This document shows positions 26,022 to 64,000 of a DNA stretch of 64,000 nucleotides, piece by piece; position 1 is the stretch's first letter, and each line of letters begins with the position of its first letter. The DNA is taken from the NCBI GenBank assembly GCA_002269645.1, contig NIVC01002037.1, positions 146,400 to 210,399 of the forward strand, read 5' to 3'. The notes beneath the pieces were generated by a model. That model saw nothing but the letters and a program-made list of their open reading frames with translations. It searched no databases and had not been told where the DNA came from. The DNA comes from Macrostomum lignano. Its lineage: Eukaryota. The translations under genes and the position numbers were made by a program.

Positions 26022-27049
26022 CCTGCCGCTTTACAATATTATGTATACCTCATTTTGTAGTAAAACATTCCCAAATTCTTTTCCTACTCGCTTATTCGGA
26101 GCAGCTGCCCTCATGCTGCAGCCGAATTACCTTTTTCCTGTCTTTATCTTACGGCGCAGTTGAACTTTGGTGCCAACGTCGTGAAAATTTGTTTTCATAA
26201 ACTGTTTTCGTCCCTATAATTTTAAACGCAGACTCTGAACTTAAAATTTTGCAGCAAAAAGCCGGACGTTATAATCGTCCACTTTTGTCAGTTGGCAACT
26301 ATCTATACTTTAACTGCCTCTACGAACATTAATTATAACTGCACCGCTATGATGTGGTCAGAATTTATCAAATAGTTTTGATTTGACTTAAAAAAGTTAA
26401 TGTAAGATTCCACTTTTACACGTACACACAAGATCTTCCTCTAGTGATGTATGCTGCTGAAGGAAGCACGTCATAAAATTGACTACCGCGTTCACATGCT
26501 GCTATCAACAGGGCCATAACTTATTAAAATATCAGGCGCATACACGTGTACACGCGTGTACATGTATGTACATGTATTGGTAATGTCAGTGAAAAAAACG
26601 CTCGATATAGATCGCTGAAAAGTATTGCATTTACATTTTCCAACACTCAATTAATTAGTCAAAGGCTGTTAATAAGGAATTTTTTCGATACATGTACATT
26701 TACAATGTATATAACATACTGGACTACTAAATGGACTAAGCTATATAGTGTTCCTGTACGAATCGAAATTTCACTCCATTCATAATCATATCTTCATAAT
26801 TATCTTCATCTACTATCTTCACAAATTCAATAGGCGCGCCATTTCAGTATTTGCTTCCAGAGATTAGAATGAAATACATGTACATACACATGAACTGACC
26901 AATAGAAATAAAAGATGAATATGCATGTACGCGTTTGTTCGTACATGTAGCTAGCTACTGGTATATAGCGTGGGAAACCCGCACCAGCTAAGTTCTAGTA
27001 AGGATCCATGTGACGACAATCATTTTAGTAATGTGTACAACAACAACAA

Positions 27050-28865
27050 AACTGCGCTGCATGTCAGCGTTACAGGGCGCGCCTCAGGGCCAGGTCACGA
27101 ACAAAGTACGCCACGCCTGGCCGCTGGGCGAATCCGCGGGGCGCCGGTGTCAGCCAGCAGGCAGTCGAAAAAACGCTGAGTGTGGGCCTGCCCCTACCGG
27201 TAGGGTGCCTGCAGCGTCACCTCCTGCTTTAGACCCCCAGGGAAATGAAACGGGAAAAAGCGAGTTAGCCTCCGCATCAACGGCAACCAGATTGCGTATG
27301 ACCTGGCACCGGTATACCTTGGAGCGTGACTGAACGGTCGGCTAACCTTCAAAAAGCATGCCGCAGGTGTCCGGGCTAGGATGGCGCCGACGACGGCCGC
27401 TGGCAGCCATGGCCAATCGCAGCACCGGCGCCGATCAGAGCATCAGAGCAGCATACGTCAGCACCATCCGCGCCGTGGTGGACTACGCGGCGGGCACCTG
27501 GTTGTGCGGCGCAGCCCCGTCTACAAGAAGATCTATCGAGAGGCGATCATTACTGGTTGCGTCCTGCCATCTAAAACTTGAAAAGTTCTCAGACTGGCGG
27601 ACCTTCACCGATCTCCTTCGTAGCCTCGGAGAGAGCCGCCAGGCTTTGTGAACGGATCCTCCGCCTGGAGCTTAACGTGTCAGCCGTTACTACAGCACCT
27701 GTCACCTCAAGACCAAGGCTCAAGAACCGCACGCTCGAAGCACTCACACGGTCTAACAACAACCGGGACGCGGAAAGATTGGACGAGGTCACTAGAAGAC
27801 CGTTCCGGAACTGCTGGCGCAGCGCTGTCACGGAGCTCCTGTCGGTCACGGTCCTCGATGCGCACCGGCGAGGCGATGCGGCGACTTTAGGCATCCCACC
27901 GTGGGAAGCTGCTGTCAACGATAAGGTCATCTTCAGCCTCGAAGCAGCTGCCTGCTGCCGCCGTTCGGACCCTCAGGTGGCTAGAAACGCGGCGGCGCTT
28001 GAGGTGCTCGGAACGCCCCCGCCGGGCTGACATCTGTGTCTGGACAAATGGCTTCGTGGCTGAAGGCACTGGGCCAGGTGGTAGCGCGGCCATCGTCTGC
28101 ACTGAGTTGGCAACTTATGTGAAAAAACAACCAGCATGCAGGTACCTGCAGCTCCTTTGACGCGGGGATGATCGCTATCAGGATGGCCCTGGAATTCACC
28201 AAAGACGCAACCCGCCAAGGCAACCCGCCGACTCCCTGTCCTCGCTCACGGCACTACAATTGTCGGCCCACAGGGCCAGGAAACTGCAACCGGTATCAGA
28301 TGCTGGAACCTGCTGCTCGAAATCAGCCGCAACACCCCCCATTAATCTGGTCTGGGTGCCGGCGCACTGCGGCATCCCCCTCAAATGAGGCGGCAAACAG
28401 AGAGAGCTGCCGGGTTGGCCAGAAACCTGCAACAGAATGACGCACCGGTCTCCCTCAGCGTTGCCAAGACTGCCGTTCGGCGCGCCATGGAAGATAGCAC
28501 CCTCCCGGCACGCTGGCCGGCCTTCAACGCGAGAAATCGGACAGAGCAGACGGCGGTGTGCGTGCCAGCTCAGGGCCGGTGCGTCGTCAATGCTCTGCGC
28601 CGAAGTTAGACACCGACTGGGTTTGACCGACTCCCCGCAATGTCCGGACTGCGGAGAGATTGACGACAGTGAACATGCTTTGTTCCGCTGCCCCCGTGGG
28701 GACGCTGGGCGCATGATGCGCCTTGTCGGCAACGACAACCGAGCGCCTCCTTCGGGTTTCAGGACTCGGTCTCTCGCTCCTTCGGAGCATGGGGCGCTGG
28801 CCCCCGCCTGTATCGGCGCCGCCGCGCCGCAATGGCGAGTGCTGAATCAGAAGAAGAAGAAAAAG
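27050..28865 (+). mobile_element. 5'-truncated, decayed non-LTR retrotransposon (I-group, Ingi-like): RT end, RNase H, CCHC, (AAG)n tail
   Basis: Frameshifted remnants INGNQIAYDLAPVYLG, RLTFKKH, GADQSIRAAYVSTIRAVVDYA; RNase H ICVWTNG (catalytic D to N) and INLVWVPAHCGI; knuckle CPDCGEIDDSEHALFRC; tail GAAGAAGAAGAAAAAG at ~28848-28865. Confidence 0.8.
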
Positions 28866-29944
28866 CACCTCCTGCACCGGCTGTGCAGTGGGTAGTACTA
28901 CGTCTCGGCGGGGATGAGGTGGCCTGCCAGCTGAAGTTGCCGATGTAATATATCCATGTAATGTACTATAAGTATTTGTGGCTAGCTAAACATAAATTTA
29001 CATTGCACATGTAGTTAAAGGCTAAGCTGAATGTTACGTCACATGTAGATATTAAACAATGTATTTTGGCCATGAACTTTCGGCCCTTTACAAAAAGTTG
29101 CAACTTTAATCATCACAGAAGATCAGTGTCAAAAATATAACGTCGCGCTTCTGCTAAGCAAAAACATGTTACTCGCTTTTCTGGAGAATTTTATTTTCCA
29201 CAGCCAATCAAATAAACCACTCCATTTGTTTGAAACTTTGTTGGCGTTCTTGGCAACATTTCGGTTTTTATTGTTTGCCGCTTTTATGAAATAGAGATTT
29301 ATGAAATAGCTAGAGTTAGACATAAGACATAACATAAATCAGTTGAAAGTACTACTCCAAGTCCAAGGGTGACCCACGTTGATTGTGCAGAAAAAAAACA
29401 GAAATCAACAGCCCTTTAAGATCCAATAGCTTCCTTACGCCAGTAAGGATTAAAAAAATATTTTGGATTTTTCATACAACAAAACACCATTAGTAACATT
29501 AAACTGCTGTAGGCCTATTTGTAGTTAACTAGAAGAATAGTTTTTAAAAACTTCATAGCTAGATTTCCTAATTTTACAATCGATCTATAGTGCCTGATAG
29601 GGTAGGTGAATAGAATATAAATTCTAGAAGTATATTAGTAGCCTAAGGCCTAGTATTGAATTTCAAGGCCTGACTAATACTTTGTTGTTTATACAATTGA
29701 CATTGTATCATTAAGCAACATTATTCTAGCTGCTCCATATATTTTTTCTATAAAAACTATTAATTTAATTGCTAAAATATTTTTACTTTAAATAGCAAAG
29801 ATAGTTGTCTATTTGGTTATACTTTAAGTTTAACAAGTCCTTAGTTGTAGGCCTACCTAGTCCTAATTTATTTTTGTAGATCCCTCTGCTCTAGCTAGCT
29901 AGTTTAGGTTAGATAAGCATATTAATATATTTTTTGCTTGAAAA

Positions 29945-38494
<8,550 letters not shown>

Positions 38495-38781
38495 TCGATC
38501 GGTTGAATCAATGATTGGTTAATTAATTTATTTATTTATTTATAAATTTCAATTGTCAATGGTCTGCTTGATAACCGGTTGGTTGGAACATTATTATCAA
38601 TAATAGTCACACTATATTCGTATTTATATGTCTTATGTCTCATTTTAAACTAATTTGATTATTAAATCATTAAAGCTCTTCATTCCTAACCCTGTGATTT
38701 TTCTGTTTAAATTTTGTAATTTTAAGTTCTTAATTTCTTAGGGTCATTGTTTCTCAGAATCTATTCAGTACAATATAGAGA

Positions 38782-39478
38782 CCTATTTCTTAGAATCGTC
38801 AAGCCCTATTTCTTAGAATCGTCAATTCCTATTTCTTAGAATCGTCAATTCCTACTTCTTAGAATTGTCAAGTCCTATTTCTTAGAATCAATAAGCCATG
38901 TTTCTTAGAATCGTCAATTCATATTTCCTAGAATCGTCGAGTCCTATCTCTTAGAATCATCAAGTCCTATTTCTTAGAATCATCAAGTCCTATTTCTTAG
39001 AATCATCAAGTCCTATTTCTTAGAATCATCAAGTCCTATTTCTTAGAATCATCAAGTCCTATTTCTTAGAACTGTCAAGTCCTATTTCTTAGAACTGTCA
39101 AGTCCTATTTCTTAGAATCATCAAGTCCTATTTCTTAGAATCATCAAGTCCTATTTCTTAGAATCATCAAGTCCTATTTCTTAGAATCTTCAAGTCCTAT
39201 TTCTTAGAATCATCAAGCCCTATTTCTTAGAATCATCAAGTCCTATTTCTTAGAATCATCAAGTCCTATTTCTTAGAATCTTCAAGTCCTATTTCTTAGA
39301 ATCATCAAGCCCTATTTCTTAGAATCATCAAGCCCTATTTCTTAGAATTATCAAGCCCTATTTCTTAGAATTATCAAGCCCTATTTCTTAGAATCATCAA
39401 GTCCTATTTCTTAGAATTATCAAGCCCTATTTCTTAGAATTATCAAGCCCTATTTCTTAGAATCATCAAGTCCCACTT
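38782..39478. repeat. 23-bp minisatellite (CCTATTTCTTAGAATCATCAAGT)n
   Basis: About 30 units downstream of endophilin. Confidence 0.95.
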
Positions 39479-40811
39479 CTCGTAATAGTCCATTACCAAT
39501 TAAAACAAAATCAATAGATTTTAAGCAAACATCTTAAAAATCCGGTCCAGTAATTCATATTTATTGCTGAGCATAAAATTTCTGCTTCAATTTGTTTATT
39601 ATTCCGCCATGAAATTGTTGCCGAATGCAAACTAACTACTGTTAGTAACTGTGACAAAAAGTTTTTATACGAATAAAATTGCTTAATGCAAATGTTCTGC
39701 TTGCAGCTTTTTATATATTCACTTTCAATAGTCGCTGATTTGAGTAAGTGCTGTCGCTCTGTACGAATATGTTTTACTTCAGTTGAATAACTTTGCTGCA
39801 GAATCTCACATTTAGTTTTTTTATTATATCTTGTACTTTTATATTGGTTTCTTGCTATCAACATAAAAATGGCAGAGTCTAGGCCAGACAATATTAGCCA
39901 ATAAAAATATTTCATTAAATAACGTTTTATCTTGTTTTTTTCATTAAATTTCATTCATAATCGGTTTTTTAGATAAATTTTATTATATACGTGTACGATT
40001 CTTACCTTGCTACTGATTTGAGTAGCAATTAAAGCAAATTTGCTGATTTATTTTGTCTATGCTATAAAAATGTTTGTATAATTTTAGTCAATTTATATAT
40101 GAATAATCAGTGTACACATTGGAAGCTGCTGATAAATTATAAGCTATTCATAAATTTATTTGTTTCTTTTTATTAAAATTTTCTTGCTTTTTATACCAAT
40201 TTTTAGTAGTATCTTGTTTATTTTCCTGCTACTTTCACAGATCTTAGTTTCACTAAATATTATAGACGCTATCTATGCAGAGAACAGGGAATTCAGAATT
40301 TCATAGCGAATCTCATCAGGAATCTCATAGCAATTCTCATCCGGAATCTCTTAGAGATCTCATTAGATCGTATAAGGTATTCATACCTTGAATCTTTTAA
40401 GCTTTCTAATTTTGTCAGGAATATCATAGAGCCGTATGCCATCACCAAAGGTCTCTAATTAGTAAATAAATAAAACATCTTTCAGAGAATTCTTGCATCT
40501 CTGCTTGGTAGAGGCGGCCGCCAGCACTTTCAGCTTGCTGTGAGTTTTGAGTCATTCTTTCACACTATTAGATAGTCCAATCTCTTATGCTATGAGCTTA
40601 TTTGCGCGGTAATTTTGTTCAACTCTTGCCTAGTCCAATAAAAAATAATTATTGATATATTATAATAATTAACCGACTCAAATCGACATAATTAAACTTT
40701 ATGTTCAGTAAGCTAAACAATTTTGCTTGAATGCGATTAAACTCTCAATGTTTCTTTTGTTAATCTCTGTGCGCTACCTGGTTAGTTTCTGACTAGAATT
40801 GTGAAATTAAG

Positions 40812-41365
40812 GATCTTCCCGGGATTCCCCATTTAAGAATCTCCTTGGGATTCTCCACTTCAGAATGTCCCCGGGATTCCCCATTCAAGAATATCCTTTG
40901 GATTCTCCACTTCAGAATGTCCCCTGGATTCCCCATTCAAGAATCTCCTTGGGATTCCCCACTTCAGAATGTCCCCTAGATTCCCCATTCAAGAATCTCC
41001 ATGGGATTCTCTACTTCAGAATGTCCCCTGGATTCCCTATTCAAGAATCTCCTTGGGATTCCCCACTTTGGAATGTCCCCGGGATTCCCCATTTAAGAAT
41101 CTCTTTGGGATTCCCCACTTCAGAATGTCCCCGGGATTCCCCATTTAGGAATCTCCTTAGGATTCCCCACTTCAGAATGTCCCCAAGATTCCCCATTCAA
41201 GAATCTCCTTGGGATTCCCCACTTCAGAATGTCCCCGGGATTCCCCATTTAGGAATCTCCTTAGGATTCCCCACTTCAGAATGTCCCCGGGATTCCCCAT
41301 TCAAGAATCTCCTTGGGATTCCCCACTTCAGAATGTCCCCGGGATTCCCCATTCAAGAATCTCTA
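40812..41365. repeat. 26-bp monomer / 52-bp dimer higher-order minisatellite just upstream of HSD17B4
   Basis: Alternating GGGATTCCCCACTTCAGAATGTCCCC and GGGATTCCCCATTCAAGAATCTCCTT, about 21 monomers. Confidence 0.93.
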
Positions 41366-41457
41366 TAAATCCATGTAAATAAAGATTCTAAATTTAAATT
41401 CCACTGTAAATTGCCCTCCACTCATTCCAGTCCCGAACCCGCTTAGCATCAGCAGCC

Positions 41458-54090
<12,633 letters not shown>

Positions 54091-54611
54091 ATCGAGTCGA
54101 AAACTGAGTCAAATGAGACGCTTAATGCGGTTTAACAAAATCTGTGCGGGGATTTCTGCCATAGACACAATTATCTGAGTAACTAAACTACTGCCAGTAG
54201 GCACCCGTTGGACTTTTCTATAATCAAATTTAGCGACCAAGATTGAAATGACTAGGAATTTTTCTATAATTTATTTTTCATCTAATTTGTAATCTAAATA
54301 TCGCATTGTCATTTAATTTTCTAATTTAATTCTTCCTAAGATATTCAAACTATCAAACACACGTGTTAAAATAAAATTCGAAATCAGTAAAACAAATCAA
54401 TTGCTTAGTGAAGGATTTTATATGTGCGTTGCATTCTTTTGTTTTACTTTTGTTGATTTTTTCTGTATTGATTGTTCTGACAGACAAGAGATAACATCTG
54501 AATGGATTTTTGTTTCCGTGTTGTTTATTTCACCTACTAATAGTAGCATTATAAAGAAGTTTGACAAAAATTGTATCGCTATTGAAGGTTACACACTTGA
54601 TATTTTAGGCT

Positions 54612-55905
54612 GACAGTCACCCACCTGAGAGATTCAGGCTGAGACAGTTATACACCTGTAGAGATTCAGGCTGAGACAGTCACCCACATGAGAGATTCAG
54701 GCTGAGACAGTCACCCACATGAGAGATTCAGGCTGAGACAGTCACCCACCTGAGAGATTCAGGCTGAGACAGTCACCCACATGAGAGATTCAGGCTGAGA
54801 CAGTCACCCACCTGAGAGATTCAGGCTGAGACAGTCACCCACCTGTAGAGATTCAGGCTGAGACAGTCACCCACCTGAGAGATTCAGGCTGAGACAGTCA
54901 CCCACCTGAGAGATTCAGGCTGAGACAGTAGTCACCCACCTGAGAGATTCAGGCTGAGACAGTCGCCCACCTGAGAGATTCAGGCTGAGACAGTCGCCCA
55001 CCTGAGAGATTCAGGCTGAGACAGTCACCCACCTGTAGAGATTCAGGCTGAGACAGTCACCCACCTGAGAGATTCAGGCTGAGACAGTCACCCACCTGAG
55101 AGATTCAGGCTGAGACAGTAGTCACCCACCTGAGAGATTCAGGCTGAGACAGTCGCCCACCTGAGAGATTCAGGCTGAGACAGTTGCACACCTGTAGAGA
55201 TTCAGGCTGAGACAGTCACCCACCTGAGAGATTCAGGCTGAGACAGTCACCCACCTGAGAGATTCAGGCTGAGACAGTCACCCACCTGAGAGATTCAGGC
55301 TGAGACAGTTGCACACCTGTAGAGATTCAGGCTGAGACAGTTGCACACCTGTAGAGATTCAGGCTGAGACAGTCACCCACCTGAGAGATTCAGGCTGAGA
55401 CAGTCACCCACCTGAGAGATTCAGGCTGAGACAGTCACCCACCTGTAGAGATTCAGGCTGAGACAGTCACCCACCTGAGAGATTCAGGCTGAGACAGTCA
55501 CCCACCTGAGAGATTCAGGCTGAGACAGTAGTCACCCACCTGAGAGATTCAGGCTGAGACAGTCGCCCACCTGAGAGATTCAGGCTGAGACAGTTGCACA
55601 CCTGTAGAGATTCAGGCTGAGACAGTCACCCACCTGAGAGATTCAGGCTGAGACAGTCGCCCACCTGAGAGATTCAGGCTGAGACAGTCACCCACCTGAG
55701 AGATTCAGGCTGAGACAGTTGCACACCTGTAGAGATTCAGGCTGAGACAGTTGCACACCTGTAGAGATTCAGGCTGAGACAGTCGCCCACCTGAGAGATT
55801 CAGGCTGAGACAGTTGCACACCTGTAGAGATTCAGGCTGAGACAGTCGCCCACCTGAGAGATTCAGGCTGAGACAGTCACACACCTGTAGAGATTCAGGC
55901 TGAGG
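54612..55905. repeat. 31-32-bp minisatellite (GAGATTCAGGCTGAGACAGTCACCCACCTGA)n
   Basis: About 40 units between HSD17B4 and the TIA-1-like gene. Confidence 0.96.
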
Positions 55906-56518
55906 CTCTAGTAAATCATGTGATCTTATCTCGAATCAACGGAAAAACGAATTTTTTGTGATATCAAATGAACTCTGGACGCTTTGTGGGATTCAAATTC
56001 AGTCAGCCCAGCTATTTGAATAGAAATCCTGCACTGAATTCATAGGAAAAAATCTCAAAAAGAGTCAGAGAGCGAGAGAGCATGAGCGGGCGCGTTGCCG
56101 CCATCAGTCGGAGCTCTCAGGTGTGCAGCTCCGGCATATTGGAATGCAGCTCTCCGTAATTGTGTTGTTTTTCTCTCATCGATCTGAATTGAGTTCCCAA
56201 AACTGCCGTGTTGGGTTAAGGCAATAATTCTCCATGTGGGCCTTCGCTATTGGCTGAAATCCCAATACAGCAGGATTTTGATCCCATGCTCTGCCGCGTT
56301 TTCCTCCTGTCATTCCTCTCCCTCTCTGCCCTTTCCGCTCTGAGCTCTCTACCCGACTCTTCTCTCCCCCCCTTCTATAGTGGCTTAAATTTTCATGAAT
56401 TGCCAGCTTGCATGGCAAGTCTAAGGTTCCCGCATGCCCAGAATCTCCCATACCAGTAACTATAGAAACCCTTTGTGATAATAACTGGAATTTCATCATA
56501 GAACCTGCTGTGCCAGCG

Positions 56519-62954
<6,436 letters not shown>

Positions 62955-63199
62955 TGAGTCTCCAGTCTGTGGCTAAAGTTTCAAATTTCTACCCAGTTTT
63001 CTTTGATTTCTACTTTGAGTAGTGTGATGCAGAGACTTTTTAAAAACTCGAGAAGCTGTTGAGCCAGGACTGTGTGTGCCAGGCGCGTTGACTCCCGTGA
63101 TTTGCTAATTTTTAAACTATCGATTTTCCCCTTTGCCAATAAAACTAGCTGCTTATTCCAATCTAACCGCTGTCTCCCTGGCTACTGTGATCGATTGCC

Positions 63200-63360
63200 T
63201 CTGATAGAGAAAGAGGAGAGAGGGAGAGAGGGAGAGGGGATAGGAGAGGTAGAAAGGAGAGGCGAGAGACTGGGAGAGAGGGGAAAAGAGGGAGAAAGAG
63301 AGGAGAGAAGAGAGAGGAGAGAGGAGGGAGTGAGAGAAGAAAAGAAAGGGAGGGAGAGAA
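63200..63360. repeat. GA-rich low-complexity tract
   Basis: Purine-only run abutting the LINE fragment. Confidence 0.85.
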
Positions 63361-64000
63361 GTCCTGATCCACGCTTTGATGCGCGAGTCGATGACACAGC
63401 CAGGAATCGGGACAAGAGGTTCGGGGCCGAGAGAGGAGCCGGAGGCACCAACTTTGCAAGGGTGTCAGCCAACTCATTTCCTCGGATCCCCACATGCCCG
63501 GAACCACTTAAGGGTAATTTTGTTGGCGAACCCAACATGTTGAGGAGTTTGATACAGTCGAGGACTGTAGCAGAGTTGGTGCTGCAGCCACTGATGCGTG
63601 CAAGGCAGCTTGGCTGTCCGAATGGAAAATGATGTTCTTACCAGTAAAGCCAGTGGCGAGAAGCTCTGCAGTGCAGGAGCTGATGGCCAGAACTTCATTT
63701 TGGAAAACACTGGAGTTGACCCCAGTGTATTGAGCGTGGGTAGCGATGACCCTCCGTTCAGAAAGATTCCAACACCAAAGCCGGTGTTGGCTGACTGCTT
63801 AGAACCGTCGGTGTAGCAATGAAGCTCACCAGGGTTCCATTGGCATTGATGTTATCGCGCGAGTCGATAGCTACGGAGTAGCGCTGTCTCAGGTTGAGCG
63901 TTGAGGCAATGCATCGGTGAAGACGCGATTGGCCTGACACTCGTTGAGAAAGTTGAGCACAGATCGCTATGCGGGACAAGGTTCCGCTTAGCAGGTCTCT
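63361..64000 (-). mobile_element. Decayed LINE fragment (RNase H domain, LOA-like), running off the window end
   Basis: Minus-strand remnants HCYTDGS, SVFQNEVLAI, FHSDSQAAL, GHVGIRGNELADTLAK, with several 1-bp frameshifts. Confidence 0.82.

Noticed and set aside
27030-28865. TSD or intact ORF for the Ingi-like fragment
   Set aside because: No matching flanking duplication found; multiple frameshifts and an RNase H catalytic D-to-N change indicate a dead copy.
39511-39954. 147-aa minus-strand ORF
   Set aside because: AT-rich intergenic composition, no motif and no splice context.
54612-55905. CRISPR array
   Set aside because: Head-to-tail 31-32-bp units with no unique spacers, no cas genes, eukaryotic context. 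The same applies to the arrays at 5238 and 32488.

Overview
Eukaryotic (metazoan invertebrate) genomic DNA with spliceosomal introns, nearly all larger introns filled by their own micro- or minisatellite. The style resembles a free-living flatworm such as Macrostomum, but the species is an inference only. Host genes, all on the + strand: (A) the 3' part of a coiled-coil gene (<1-5015); (B) its tandem paralog (11481-26021), carrying a ~9.56 kb low-complexity Arg/Ser/Lys/Asp/Glu exon; endophilin-A (29945-38494); peroxisomal multifunctional enzyme 2, HSD17B4 (41458-54090); and a TIA-1/TIAR-like RRM gene (~56519 to beyond 62954). Mobile elements: a full-length Mag-type Ty3/gypsy LTR retrotransposon (6032-10558; CTTAC TSD, tRNA-Ser PBS, TG...AA termini, one nonsense codon, one frameshift); an intact LOA-clade LINE in HSD17B4 intron 1 (41876-47249, minus strand, CCCGCTA TSD, TAATG ORF1/ORF2 coupling); a tRNA-derived CORE-type SINE; and two decayed RNase H-bearing LINE fragments. 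The best leads are an inverted minisatellite pair bracketing an in-frame exon block, minisatellites that are arrays of transcription-factor-like sites or splice-donor decoys, short gene-conversion-like tracts between the paralogs, a GC-AG intron and a candidate 7-nt microexon. Exon models and coordinates were read by eye and are unverified by transcripts.
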